Assembly (NCBI GenBank): GCA_038214755.1
Contig: JBBQRQ010000050.1
Coordinates: 1 to 36,321, forward strand
DNA: 36,321 nucleotides
Direction: 5' to 3'
From: Verrucomicrobiota bacterium
GTDB taxonomy: Bacteria; Verrucomicrobiota; Verrucomicrobiia; Limisphaerales; CANJXF01
Under the pieces are notes generated by a model, which did not search any database, was not told where the DNA came from, and saw only the letters and a program-made list of their open reading frames with translations. This document shows, piece by piece, positions 26,426-36,180 of the stretch (position 1 is the first letter of the stretch; each line of letters opens with the position of its first letter). The translations under genes and the position numbers were made by a program.

Positions 26426-27127
26426 TCAGAGCAGCGCCGATTTTCGCCTGATGCTCAGAAACGAATTGGAGTTTTTCAAAAATTCAAAATCAGTGGGGAC
26501 TTCTTTAAAGCTGAAACTTTCAAAAGCAGAATCGTTTTTGATGCGCTCGATGAATTCCGACCGTTCCGCTTTGAAATTGACCAACGGATAAATCCGCGTT
26601 TCACCCGAAGTAATCCGTAAAATTTCCATCAGCGATTGTTTGTGAAACTCGTAATCGAATTGATCCTCGTAAACGAAAAGAAAATACGAAACGAGGGTGA
26701 GATCGAATTGCCCATCTCGAAACGGCGCGCGTGGAAGTTGCCCGCCAATGTAGCGCTGGCCTTTTCGCTCGGCGAAATCCGCCAGAAACACACGATAGGC
26801 TTGCTCTCGAAATTTCCGTAATTTTTCCGGCGTCTGGTAAAAATCCCATTTGTAAGCAGCGACCTTGCCGACTTCGCGAATCACAAAGTCCAAATCCGGT
26901 TCGCAACGCGACCGAATTTCTTGGGGCGACCAATCGTAAATCGGATCAAATGCGGTGACGTTGAAATCTTTTGCATTGCCTTCCGCGCAAAACGAACTCA
27001 CTCCGCTGGCGATGTCTAAAATCTTTTTTCCGCGAAGGTCTTCGTCTCTCAATCCGAAAAAATGAGAATATTCCTCAAACGTTCGGCCGAGCAAAACGAC
27101 TTTTTTTAATTCGAGACTTTGTTTCAC
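26426..27127 (-). CDS. Class I SAM-dependent methyltransferase-like protein
   Basis: 'GRTFEEY', 'ILDIASGVSSF', 'FDPIY', 'PFRDGQFDLTLVSYFLF'; GTG start at 27127. Confidence 0.8.
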   Translation of the reverse strand: MKQSLELKKVVLLGRTFEEYSHFFGLRDEDLRGKKILDIASGVSSFCAEGNAKDFNVTAFDPIYDWSPQEIRSRCEPDLDFVIREVGKVAAYKWDFYQTPEKLRKFREQAYRVFLADFAERKGQRYIGGQLPRAPFRDGQFDLTLVSYFLFVYEDQFDYEFHKQSLMEILRITSGETRIYPLVNFKAERSEFIERIKNDSAFESFSFKEVPTDFEFLKNSNSFLSIRRKSALL

Positions 27128-27135
27128 GCGGAAAA

Positions 27136-28035
27136 TTATTTCGCCAAAACCAAACCAATCACACCGAGCACGGCGATGGCCGCTCCGATGATGGATTTCG
27201 CAGTGGGCCTTTCCGCTTCCATAAAATGCGCGAACGGAATCACGACGAGCGGTGTGGTGGCGATGATTGGCATCACGATCCCGGTCGGCGCGTGCTTCAG
27301 CGCGAGCTGATAACAACTCACCCCGAGAGTTTGTCCGGCAAATCCATTCACCACCACCCACGGCCACGCCTTCTTCCATTTTTCCTTGAGCGACGAAAAT
27401 TTCCGGGTGGGTCGCGTTTGTTGTTTGACAATCAATAGCCAGATTCCTGCCACGAATAATCCGCCGACGATCCGTTGAAAGGCCGAGGTGCCACCGTCGA
27501 TGTTTTGCTGCGCGGCTGTGGCGACGGCGTAACCTTTTCGCGTCAGCACTGCGCCGAACGCATTTCCCAAAGCCGCAAAAATTCCGAACAAAGTGCCGAC
27601 GATCATTTGCCGTCGCGAAATTTTTAAATGTTCCGAGGGTGTGAGCGCCAGTGAAACGCCGCCGAGAATAATCACACCACAAAACATTTGGGTCGCGGTC
27701 AACCTTGTTCCCAGCCAAAGCCATTCGATCAGCGCGGCGAACGGCGCGGAGAGACATTGGATGATCAAAGTCGTCACGCGCGATCCGAGTCGAGGCAATG
27801 CCTGGAACAGCGCGACATCCCCAAATCCGATTCCAATTACGCCGCTCCATAAAAAAAGCGGAAACGAATCGCCTGCGAGTTTTTCGCCAAAGCCGTAAGC
27901 CCAGAGCGCGAGAAAAAAAGTGGCAACGGAAAGCCGCCAGAAATTGGCTTCGCTGCCACCGATCATTTTGGCGGAGCGATGAGCGCAAACGACCGAGATG
28001 GACCAAAAAATTGTAGTGAGCAGCGCGGCCAACAT
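27136..28035 (-). CDS. DMT/EamA-family transporter
   Basis: About 10 hydrophobic segments in two EamA-like repeats ('SGVIGIGFGD'). Confidence 0.85.
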   Translation of the reverse strand: MLAALLTTIFWSISVVCAHRSAKMIGGSEANFWRLSVATFFLALWAYGFGEKLAGDSFPLFLWSGVIGIGFGDVALFQALPRLGSRVTTLIIQCLSAPFAALIEWLWLGTRLTATQMFCGVIILGGVSLALTPSEHLKISRRQMIVGTLFGIFAALGNAFGAVLTRKGYAVATAAQQNIDGGTSAFQRIVGGLFVAGIWLLIVKQQTRPTRKFSSLKEKWKKAWPWVVVNGFAGQTLGVSCYQLALKHAPTGIVMPIIATTPLVVIPFAHFMEAERPTAKSIIGAAIAVLGVIGLVLAK

Positions 28036-28102
28036 CGAGCGATACAATCGGGTTCTGGTCAAACGCTGTCACGCAACAAAAGCCGCGGGTGAGAATTTGA
28101 AG

Positions 28103-28270
28103 AGGGCGTGGTGCCCAAACCGTAGGGCAGGCTTTCCAGCCTGCCGGTTACGAAACTTTCCAGTTTCGTGACAAATTATTTGAGATTTTTTCGCAGGTTT
28201 CCGCGGGACTAGAAAGTCCCTGCAACCGGCAGGCTGGAAAACCTGCCCTACATGCGATGGAAAAATATTC
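28103..28270. repeat. Dispersed REP-containing element (copy 2 of 2853-3034)
   Basis: Shared core GCCTGCCGGTTACGAAACTTTCCAGTT...GGGACTAGAAAGTCCC...AACCGGCAGGCTGGAAA. Confidence 0.8.
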
Positions 28271-28287
28271 GAGCAGTTCCGCAGCAA

Positions 28288-28346
28288 TTTCGGCCTTCGG
28301 GCTTCGGATTTCTTTCGGATCTCGGATTTCGGAATTCGGATTTCGG
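28288..28346. repeat. Single arm of a TTCGGAT heptamer array
   Basis: Nearly the same as the right arm at 17946-18000. Confidence 0.7.
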
Positions 28347-28352
28347 CCCCGG

Positions 28353-29042
28353 TTAAATGACCAGCTTGTAACCCACGCCGTGAACGGTGAGCAGATGTTT
28401 CGGCTCGACGCCATTGTCCCCCAGTTTCTTTCTCAACTGCATGATGACTTGATCGAGCGTCCGCGTGGTCCCGAAATAATTGTAGCCCCAAACTTCGTTC
28501 AACAACTTATCGCGCGACAGAACTTCGTCGCGATGCACGTAAAAAAATTGCAACAGTTTTAACTCTTTGCCGGTTAAAACCTCCACCGTTTTACCACGTC
28601 GCAATTGAAATGTTTTCGGATCAATCGCGGCATCGCCGATGCAAAAATCCGACTCAGGATTTTTCTCGGTGTTGGAATTGGATCGCCGCAGAACCGCCTG
28701 AATGCGCGCCAGCAATTCGCGGACGCCAAAAGGTTTGGTGACATAATCATCAGCGCCCAGATCGAGTCCCACCACTTTGTCGATCTCCTGTCCTTTCGCG
28801 GTGAGCATGAGGATGGGCGTGGCGATTTTTTTCGCGCGCAATTTTTTGCAGATGTCGTAACCGCTCAAACCGGGCAGCATCACATCAAGGAGAATTAAGT
28901 TGGGTTGAAACTTCGCGACGGCGTCCAACGCGCCATCGCCACGCTGGCAGGAAGCGACGTCGAACCCTTCGCTGCGCAGGATTTCTTCCAGTCCAAGGAG
29001 AATGTGCGGGTCGTCTTCGACGATTAAAATTTTCGTTTTCAT
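28353..29042 (-). CDS. OmpR/PhoB-family response regulator
   Basis: 'ILIVEDD', 'LLDVMLP', 'GADDYVTKPF', wHTH 'LTVHGVGYK'. Confidence 0.93.
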   Translation of the reverse strand: MKTKILIVEDDPHILLGLEEILRSEGFDVASCQRGDGALDAVAKFQPNLILLDVMLPGLSGYDICKKLRAKKIATPILMLTAKGQEIDKVVGLDLGADDYVTKPFGVRELLARIQAVLRRSNSNTEKNPESDFCIGDAAIDPKTFQLRRGKTVEVLTGKELKLLQFFYVHRDEVLSRDKLLNEVWGYNYFGTTRTLDQVIMQLRKKLGDNGVEPKHLLTVHGVGYKLVI

Positions 29043-29047
29043 TTTGT

Positions 29048-29193
29048 CCGGGGAGCATCTGCCTCCGGCGGGTGCGAAATCATTCCGATTCAGTGTTCGA
29101 TGTTAATTATTTTCAAACATCGAACATCCAACACTGAACATCCAACATCGAATTGAGGAAGGCTCGCACCCGCCGGAGGCAGATGCTACCCGG
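29048..29193. repeat. Long-IR element with internal AACATCG/AACATCC heptamers between the HK and RR genes
   Basis: 30-bp IR with 1 mismatch: CCGGG(G/T)AGCATCTGCCTCCGGCGGGTGCGA. Confidence 0.8.
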
Positions 29194-31057
29194 CGCTTAT
29201 TGGCATACGGAATGTGAAACAACTTCCGCCTCCTTCGCGCGGTTCGTAACTCAATTCTCCGCCGTGCGCCCGCGCGATTTGCCGGGCAATGGTTAAACCC
29301 AAACCCGAACCTTGAACGCCGCTGCTCAACGAATCGTGTGCCCGATAAAATTTCTCGAAGATTTTTTCGCCGCTGCTACGCGGCACACCGAGACCGCGGT
29401 CCGATACTTTAATTTCAGCGTGAGGCAATGGCGTTTGTTTTTGCGAAACCTCGACCGAAATTTCTTTGCGCTCGCCCGAATACTTCTCCGCGTTCGAGAG
29501 CAAATTGACAATGATTTGCGACAGCGCATCGGCATCGCCGCGCACGGGAATTTTCGTTTCCGACAACGCGCAATCGAATTTGAAACCGCCCGCTTCGAGG
29601 TGTGGACGAAACATTTCCGTCGCGGTACGGACAACCTCGACCAGATCACACGACTGAAAATGATATTTTTTTTCGCCGCTTTCGAGACGCGAGAAATCAA
29701 GGACGTTGTTGATCAGACGCGTGAGCCGCGACGCTTCCGCACTGATGATGTGGAGATACGATTTCTGCTTGGCGCTTTCGGTAACGCGGCCTTCGGCCAG
29801 CAATTCGGAAAACATGCGGATCGAAGTGAGCGGTGTTTTCAATTCGTGCGAGACGTTGCTGACGAAGTCGGTTTTTTGCCGCGCTAATTTAAGTTCCGCG
29901 TTCAGGCTACGGACGATTAGCCCACCGCCGATCCCAATCGTCAGCACGAGCAGCGCGATGATCAGGCCGAGCGTCAACTTCGCGGTGCGCGCGGCGGCCG
30001 TGAACTGCGCGGGATTGATGAGATACGCGCCGATTTCCCAGTGCGGAAGCGCTTCGCCGATTTCGGTAGCAGTAAAAGGCCGTTTCCAATTTGCGTGAAA
30101 GTCGGCGCGGGAAACGATCACGGGTTTGGCGTTGTCGTCCAAAAGGGCCAGGCAGATTTCATCGCGCAATCCGGCGTCGGCCTGCACGAGGGGGCGCAAG
30201 TTTTCCACGACGCGCTTCAAATCCAATTGCGCGCCGAAGACTAAATCCGGCTCGCGCTGCAGCCGATGCCAAAACATGAGCCGCAATTTGTTTTGCAGAA
30301 AACGGGCGAGCATTCCATCCACGTTGTCGCCGACGATTTGGGCGAACTCCGCCTCGGCTGGAACGATTTTGGAAAGATTTATTTCTTCTCTTTCCGTGGC
30401 GTCTTTTCCCGTGTCGGGCAAAATATTTTGCGGAGAGACTTTGCGGGTTTGCGATTTGGATTTGGAATAATTCTGCGATTCAGAAGAGGGGTTGCGGTTG
30501 TTGACGGTCGAAGGATTGAGATGGCCCGTGGCATCTTCACGAACTGATTTTGACGCAAGGGAAAATTCCGCTTTTTGTTTTGGCGCAAGGGCGAGTGAGT
30601 CGCTGTTCGCGAGTTGTGGCGACTGGCGGAGATTAGCCGGGTTGTAAACTTCGGCGGGAGCGCGATTGCCCAGAAACGCGCTGTTGTCGGTGACGAAGAA
30701 TTTGGATTCGTCGCGCGCAGTGGCGGAGGGCGAAAGAATCTTACCCGAAAGCGTCACGCAGAAACCAACTTCCGCCAGCGGCCAACGTCGTCGGAGTTGC
30801 TCGTCGAATTGCGCTGCGATGAGGCGTGGGTCGCGGTCGGCGGCGAGGGCTTCCACTTGCGCGCTGAATTCCTGCTGCGCTTGCGCGAGGTGTGATGCGA
30901 TGTCGGTCGCGAGCGCGTCCGTGACCCGCTGGCAGAGCAACGATTGCTGGCGTTCGAGCAGGAATTGCTGGTCGCGCAGAGAACGCACCGCGAGCCAGGC
31001 CAGGACCAGGCTGGGCAGAAGCACCGCGATGACGAAAACCAGCGCGATTTTTTTCAT
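29186..31057 (-). CDS. Sensor histidine kinase
   Basis: Two TM segments; H-box 'VSHELKTPL', N-box 'NLLSNAEKY', G boxes 'DRGLG' and 'GSGLGL'. Confidence 0.93.
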   Translation of the reverse strand: MKKIALVFVIAVLLPSLVLAWLAVRSLRDQQFLLERQQSLLCQRVTDALATDIASHLAQAQQEFSAQVEALAADRDPRLIAAQFDEQLRRRWPLAEVGFCVTLSGKILSPSATARDESKFFVTDNSAFLGNRAPAEVYNPANLRQSPQLANSDSLALAPKQKAEFSLASKSVREDATGHLNPSTVNNRNPSSESQNYSKSKSQTRKVSPQNILPDTGKDATEREEINLSKIVPAEAEFAQIVGDNVDGMLARFLQNKLRLMFWHRLQREPDLVFGAQLDLKRVVENLRPLVQADAGLRDEICLALLDDNAKPVIVSRADFHANWKRPFTATEIGEALPHWEIGAYLINPAQFTAAARTAKLTLGLIIALLVLTIGIGGGLIVRSLNAELKLARQKTDFVSNVSHELKTPLTSIRMFSELLAEGRVTESAKQKSYLHIISAEASRLTRLINNVLDFSRLESGEKKYHFQSCDLVEVVRTATEMFRPHLEAGGFKFDCALSETKIPVRGDADALSQIIVNLLSNAEKYSGERKEISVEVSQKQTPLPHAEIKVSDRGLGVPRSSGEKIFEKFYRAHDSLSSGVQGSGLGLTIARQIARAHGGELSYEPREGGGSCFTFRMPISAG

Positions 31058-31157
31058 TGGCGTTCCGTGGGGAATAACCGAGGCCCGCGTTTTTCACAAA
31101 GCTCATTCAATGAGAAAAGAGCGCGTAACACGACGACTTCTTAAATTTAGATTAAAC

Positions 31158-31262
31158 AAAAAGCGCCAAAGGGCTGGCGCACTCCAAGACGCTATCGCGC
31201 CCTTCATGCGCCCTCGAAATTCGCGCAAGCGTCTTGGACTGCGGCGGCCCTCCGCCGCTTTT
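31158..31262. repeat. REP-like doublet (family A, copy 3)
   Basis: AGCGCCAAAGGGCTGGCGCACTCCAAGACGC ... GCGTCTTGGACTGCGGCGGCCCTCCGCCGCT. Confidence 0.8.
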
Positions 31263-31330
31263 AATGGCGCGGGGAAATAAGTGACCAGCACTTTCAATCA
31301 CACACTCCCGAATTTGTTTCGAGGAAAAGT

Positions 31331-32635
31331 TCATTTGGAATTGCGCGTGTTGTAGGACTGCGATTGAACATCCTTGCGCGTCGCAGAATCGTAAGTGCCT
31401 CGGTTGAGCGCGCCACTGAAGGTTTTTAAGTTGTCTCTTTCCGCCCGGATCTGCCGCTGCTCGGCGGCAGGAGCGATGGAATAAACCGCTTCCAATTCCG
31501 CCTCTTGTTTTTTCAAAGTCTCGGAAGCGTCCCGAATTTTCCCGCCATCAGCCTGAACCGTAGCTTCGTCTTTAGCGACGGCGGTCAGCATCAAAACTTT
31601 TTGCGCGACGACAGTGTTGTTGATGGATTTTTTCGCGTCCTCGCGATCTTTGGTGTAACTGATTTTCACCACGCCATTCGCCAAACTTTCGCTGCCATCC
31701 AATTCATCTTTGTAGCTGACATTGACTCGCGCGACTTCCGGTTTGTTTTCATTGACGAGGCAGCGCAGCAACAAATAACGATTTTGTCCGGGCGTGAACT
31801 GGCTCAGATTGACCGACGCCTTGTGGTTCTCAAATTTTTCCGTGCGACCGATGAAGCCCAACGGCCTCACGCCCTCCGGACAAATGATTTCGATGCGCAC
31901 GTCGCGCGCGACCACCGTGAGCAATTCGCCGAGTTCCTTCGCGAAAATGTCCGGCAGTTTTTCCGTGTCTTTGACGTAATAATAATTCGCGTCGCTCGCT
32001 TCCGCCAAACCGGCCATCAAGTCCTCGTTGTAATCGTCGCCCAGGCCAATCGTCGTCACCGACATCCCGCGAGCGGCGAGGCGATGACCCAACCCGCGCA
32101 AATCGCGCGTCGAACTCGGCCCCACATTGGCCAGACCGTCGGAAAGCAAAATGATGCGATTGATTTTCTTCCGCGAAAAATAGCGCTCCAATTCGTCCGC
32201 GCCTTTTTCCACGCCGGCGTAAAGCGCGGTGTTGCCATCGGCCCGGATGCGGGAAATGGCGCGCTTCAAAGATTCTTTATCTTCCACCGGTTGCGCGGGC
32301 ACGAGCACCTCCACGCCGGAACTGTAAGTCACGAGCGAAAAAATATCGCCGGGCGCCAATTGATCGACGAGACCGCACGCCGCCTGCCGCGCCTGCTCGA
32401 TCTTCGCGCCGCTCATCGAGCCGGAGCGATCCAGCACGACGGACAAATTGAGCGGCGAGCGTTTCGTCTTTTTATTTTTGGCCGCCGTCAAATCGATTTT
32501 CACAATCAATTCCTGGGGCGAACCGGACAGCACCACGCTTTGTTCCGGTTCGAGTTTCAATGACAAGGTTTCTTTGGCTTCAAGGCTGCAACTGAGTCCG
32601 AGAGCCAAACCGATGGCGAATAATATTTGTTTCAT
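31331..32635 (-). CDS. Secreted vWA-domain protein (YfbK-like)
   Basis: Signal peptide; MIDAS 'DRSGSM', 'GNT', 'LSDGLAN'. Confidence 0.88.
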   Translation of the reverse strand: MKQILFAIGLALGLSCSLEAKETLSLKLEPEQSVVLSGSPQELIVKIDLTAAKNKKTKRSPLNLSVVLDRSGSMSGAKIEQARQAACGLVDQLAPGDIFSLVTYSSGVEVLVPAQPVEDKESLKRAISRIRADGNTALYAGVEKGADELERYFSRKKINRIILLSDGLANVGPSSTRDLRGLGHRLAARGMSVTTIGLGDDYNEDLMAGLAEASDANYYYVKDTEKLPDIFAKELGELLTVVARDVRIEIICPEGVRPLGFIGRTEKFENHKASVNLSQFTPGQNRYLLLRCLVNENKPEVARVNVSYKDELDGSESLANGVVKISYTKDREDAKKSINNTVVAQKVLMLTAVAKDEATVQADGGKIRDASETLKKQEAELEAVYSIAPAAEQRQIRAERDNLKTFSGALNRGTYDSATRKDVQSQSYNTRNSK

Positions 32636-32666
32636 GCCCAAACCTTCGCCGGTTTTGCGCGGCAGG

Positions 32667-32706
32667 TTGTCATCGGCGCGTCAAAGAGTTGTAAAAAATT
32701 TGTCAC
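32667..32706. promoter_or_regulatory. 11-bp-periodic direct repeats (OmpR/PhoB-type boxes) upstream of the vWA-HK-RR genes
   Basis: GTCA/GTCA/GTAA/GTCA starting at 32669, 32680, 32691 and 32702. Confidence 0.6.
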
Positions 32707-32709
32707 GGC

Positions 32710-34086
32710 GGGCGCATCTTGAAGGTACCGCCATTACTCCGTCGTCCAGAGTTGGTCCCAATGTCCGTTGGCGCGGGCTTCTTCCAAGGCGCAGAGATGC
32801 CGCAGGCCGCTCTCCGTCCAGAACTGCCCCGCTCGTTTGTAGCGGCATTGCTTCTGACGGCACGCCGATTCCACCGCCCCACTCCCAATCGGCCAACCCC
32901 GCTCCGCCATCGACTCATACGCCATCCGCCCAGCGTGGCTGGCAAAATAGTTCTGCTCGCGGCGCACGATCTGGCCCCGCTCGCCTCGCCCGGCTGGCAG
33001 GCCCGCAATCTCTTTGAGCACGGCCCGTTCCTGTCCGTGGCGCAGTCGATGCAGTCGCTGCTCGACCCACGGCGCGACTTTCTTTTCCTCTTTCCGATGC
33101 AGCGCCCGGCTCAGTTCCCACAGGTGCTGGCTGGCGTGATAGAAGTCTAGCACCTGGACCGCTTGGGTCCAGCGTCCCTCCACCAGATTCCAGATCCAGG
33201 GTGCGCCATCGCCCACGGCTTCGACCTGCGCGGCCCGGCCCAAGCCCCGCCGCAAGGCTTCGTGGTGCAGGCGCTCGCCCAACTCCACCGCCGCGCCCTG
33301 CCAACTCACCACCACCTTCTCGGCCAGCAGTCGGCGTCCGCTCTCATTGCGGCCGGCTTGCTCGTGCCGGTAAAAGACCCCCGTCTTCATCTCGTGCCAC
33401 TCCACGTGGGGTTCGGACATTGGCTCTTGCCCCCAACCGGAGCCGCGGAAGCGCACGAGAAAACCATCGATCATGACCACGTCCAACGCCGAGGGCGCGC
33501 GTTGCGGCGCGATTTCCACTGGCACGGTCTTGAGTCGCGCCTGAGTCTGCGCTTCGGCTTGCGCGCCCCGGCGCTGCACCAAGGCATGCACGGTCGAGTC
33601 GTCCATCGGGCTGCCCCATTTGTTGGCCACGGCGGCCGCTTGTTCGTAGGTGCCGGTGGCCGTGACGGTAAAGAGGACCTTGTCTTCGAGGGCCGGGCTG
33701 GTGTGTTGGGCCGGAGCCAAACCCCAGCGCTGGCGCATGGGACAACCCCATTGCTTGGCTCCGGGGTCGTAGCCGTAGCAAACTTTCAGTTCAATCTCCC
33801 CGACGCTCGTGCGCAAGGAGAGCGTCCGCCCGTGGGGCCGCTGAATGCGGCGGGCGTTCCGGGGGAAAAACCCGACCATGCTGGTCGGCTTGGGCCTGGA
33901 GTTTTTCCTGGAGGCGTCGCCGCCCCCACTCGCGCATTTCTGCTTCCACTTCCGCCTCGCTCTCCCGCAAGGAAGGGCACTGTCCGGTTTCCGAGTTTTT
34001 CATTTGGGCTCCTGGTTAAGAGTTTTGCTCACTCGGAGAGGAACCGTTTACGCCCCTCAGTATAGCGGTACTGTCAAGATGCGCCC
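32710..34086 (-). mobile_element. Insertion sequence, ISKra4/UPF0236-like (prokaryotic Mutator-type), 1377 bp
   Basis: TIRs GGGCGCATCTTGA(AG/CA)GTACCGC; 9-bp TSD TGTCACGGC at 32701-32709 and 34087-34095. Confidence 0.92.
32734..34003 (-). CDS. DDE transposase split into two ORFs (33791-34003 and 32734-33879), joined by a probable -1 frameshift
   Basis: 'MIDG', 'GDGAPWIW', 'LDFYHA', 'IGSGAVESAC'; TTTTTCCCCC (33861-33870, minus strand) lies in the ORF overlap. Confidence 0.85.
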
Positions 34087-34150
34087 TGTCACGGCTTGTG
34101 TGTCGGAAAAAACTTTTTTCTGTAGATACATCGTGCAAGTTGAGAGCGAG

Positions 34151-34384
34151 ATGAATGCGATTGAAGCCAACGGGATAGTCGATGGGGAACATCAATTGCG
34201 TCTGGATAAACCTCTGCCACTGCCGGAACAAAGTCGGGTTCAAGTTATTGTCTTGCTGCCCGAAGTTGAGATCAACGAGAGGGAATGGCTGAAGTCAACG
34301 GCGGCAAATCCAGCCTTGGATTTTCTGAAAGATGAGGCTGAGGATATTTACACGCGAGCGGATGGGAACCCATTTCATGACTAA
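34151..34384 (+). CDS. Putative antitoxin
   Basis: 77 aa with 'LRLDKPLP..RVQVIVL..WLK..NPALDFLKDEAEDIY'; overlaps the toxin start. Confidence 0.7.
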   Translation: MNAIEANGIVDGEHQLRLDKPLPLPEQSRVQVIVLLPEVEINEREWLKSTAANPALDFLKDEAEDIYTRADGNPFHD

Positions 34385-34721
34385 AGAGAAAATTGTTCTA
34401 GTGCCATTCCCGTTCGATGATTTGTCAGCCAGCAAAGTTCGCCCCGCGCTTTGCCTAACCAATTCGATTGGCGAGTATCGACACGTCATCGTGGCCTTCA
34501 TCACAAGCCAGCAGCCCAACGATATTTCCAACACAGATGTGATGATTGAAGCGGCCGACTCTGATTTTGTGACGACTGGATTGCGCGTGACTTCTGTTTT
34601 GCGTTTGCATCGGTTGACGACTCTGCCAATGAGCCTGATTCAACGAGAATTGGGAAGTCTTTCGGCGTCACTGCGAAAGCAATTCACCGCAAAACTAACT
34701 AAGCTATTTGATTTGGTCTGA
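34377..34721 (+). CDS. PemK/MazF-family toxin
   Basis: 'IVLVPFPFDDLSASKVRPAL', 'VAFITS', 'TGLRVTS', 'LGSL'. Confidence 0.88.
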   Translation: MTKEKIVLVPFPFDDLSASKVRPALCLTNSIGEYRHVIVAFITSQQPNDISNTDVMIEAADSDFVTTGLRVTSVLRLHRLTTLPMSLIQRELGSLSASLRKQFTAKLTKLFDLV

Positions 34722-34738
34722 ATCCTCAGAACTCTGAA

Positions 34739-35431
34739 ATGAAAACTTTCGCAGAACTCAATTTTCCGGGTCGCTTGATCGCGGTAGAAGGCCTCGATGG
34801 TTCGGGGAAATCGACGCAAATTTATTTGTTGAAACGCTGGTTGGAATTGAAGGGGTTGAAAGTTTTTTTCAGCGAATGGAATTCTTCGCAACTGGTCAAG
34901 TCCGCCACGAGCAAGGGAAAAAAACGCGAGCTGCTTTCGCCTACAACCTTTAGTTTGATTCACGCCACGGATTTCGCGGACCGGTACGAACGCCAGCTCG
35001 TGCCGCTTTTGCGCGCGGGTTACATCGTGTTGTGTGATCGTTATATTTTCACGGCGTTTGCGCGCGACACGGTGCGGGGTTGTCCGCCGGAATGGGTTCG
35101 CGGCATTTACAATTTCGCGGCGCAGCCTGACCTGACTTTTTTTTTCAAAGCGAACCTCGAAGTTTCCCTGCAAAGAATTTTGGATGGCCGCCCGCAGTTG
35201 AAATATTTTGAAGCGGGCATGGATTTGCGGCTCTCGACCGATTCCTACGAAAGTTTCCGAATTTTCCAGGGCAGAATTTTGGAGCAGTATCTGGCCATGA
35301 GCACCGAGTTTAAATTTTTCATCATCGACGCCAATCAAGCGGTTGAAAAACAGCAATCCATCGTGCGCGATTTGGTTTCCGCAAAAATAAATCTCAATCA
35401 ATTCAAGGCGCTGAATCCTGTCACCGCATGA
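34739..35431 (+). CDS. tmk: Thymidylate kinase-like protein 1
   Basis: 'IAVEGLDGSGKSTQ', 'VLCDRY', 'PDLTFF'. Confidence 0.8.
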   Translation: MKTFAELNFPGRLIAVEGLDGSGKSTQIYLLKRWLELKGLKVFFSEWNSSQLVKSATSKGKKRELLSPTTFSLIHATDFADRYERQLVPLLRAGYIVLCDRYIFTAFARDTVRGCPPEWVRGIYNFAAQPDLTFFFKANLEVSLQRILDGRPQLKYFEAGMDLRLSTDSYESFRIFQGRILEQYLAMSTEFKFFIIDANQAVEKQQSIVRDLVSAKINLNQFKALNPVTA

Positions 35432-36180
35432 AACGAAGTCCAACCACTCACCGGGCAAAAAATGGGCCAACCATCGCGGTGCCGCAATCAAAGCGGCGTC
35501 GCTTTTACGGGCACGGAATTCCCGGCGTCGATCTGAGTAAACTCGCAGGCAAATTGATCGTGGTCGAAGGAGCCGATGGTTCGGGTCGCTCGACGCAAAT
35601 AGCCCGCCTGGTTCGCTGGCTCGAAGGCAGCGGACACGCCACCGTCCAAGTCGGCTTGTCCCGTTCGACGCTGGTCAAAGAAGAACTCGATCAGGCCAAG
35701 AACGGAAACATTTTGAGCCACACCACTCTCAGCCTTTTTTATGCGACGGATTTTGCCGACCAGTTGGAAAATATAATTTTGCCGGCGCTCAAGTCCGGTT
35801 TCATGGTGCTGGCCGATCGTTATATTTATACGTTGATGGTTCGCGATCTGGTTCGCGGCATGGATGAAAACTGGTTGAAAAATTTATATGGAATTGCTCT
35901 CGTCCCCGACGCGGTTTTTTATCTCAACGTTTCTCCCGAAGAACTGGTGCAACGCAATTTTTCCAAAACTCACACGCTGGATTTTTGGGAAAGCGGGATG
36001 GACCTCGGTCTTTCCCGCGACATGTTCGACAGCTTTTTGCAATATCAGGCGCGGGTGGGAAAACAGTATTTGCGGCTGCAATCCACCTATGGATTCGACA
36101 TCGTGGACGCTCATCGGTCGGTCGATGCAATCAATAATGAATTGCGGAAAAAAATTTCAGCCGTGATGGCGGGGAAATAA
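35428..36180 (+). CDS. Thymidylate kinase-like protein 2
   Basis: 'IVVEGADGSGRSTQ', 'VLADRY', 'PDAVFYL'; ATGA-coupled to the first paralog. Confidence 0.8.
   Translation: MKRSPTTHRAKNGPTIAVPQSKRRRFYGHGIPGVDLSKLAGKLIVVEGADGSGRSTQIARLVRWLEGSGHATVQVGLSRSTLVKEELDQAKNGNILSHTTLSLFYATDFADQLENIILPALKSGFMVLADRYIYTLMVRDLVRGMDENWLKNLYGIALVPDAVFYLNVSPEELVQRNFSKTHTLDFWESGMDLGLSRDMFDSFLQYQARVGKQYLRLQSTYGFDIVDAHRSVDAINNELRKKISAVMAGK

Noticed and set aside
26426..28072. 548-aa ORF spanning the DMT and methyltransferase genes
   Set aside because: The N-terminal part is an alternative-frame shadow of the DMT gene; only the part from GTG 27127 looks like a real protein.
34096..34124. Possible relic of the tmk 5' end upstream of the MazF module
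   Set aside because: Only AAAACTTT is shared; too short to support.
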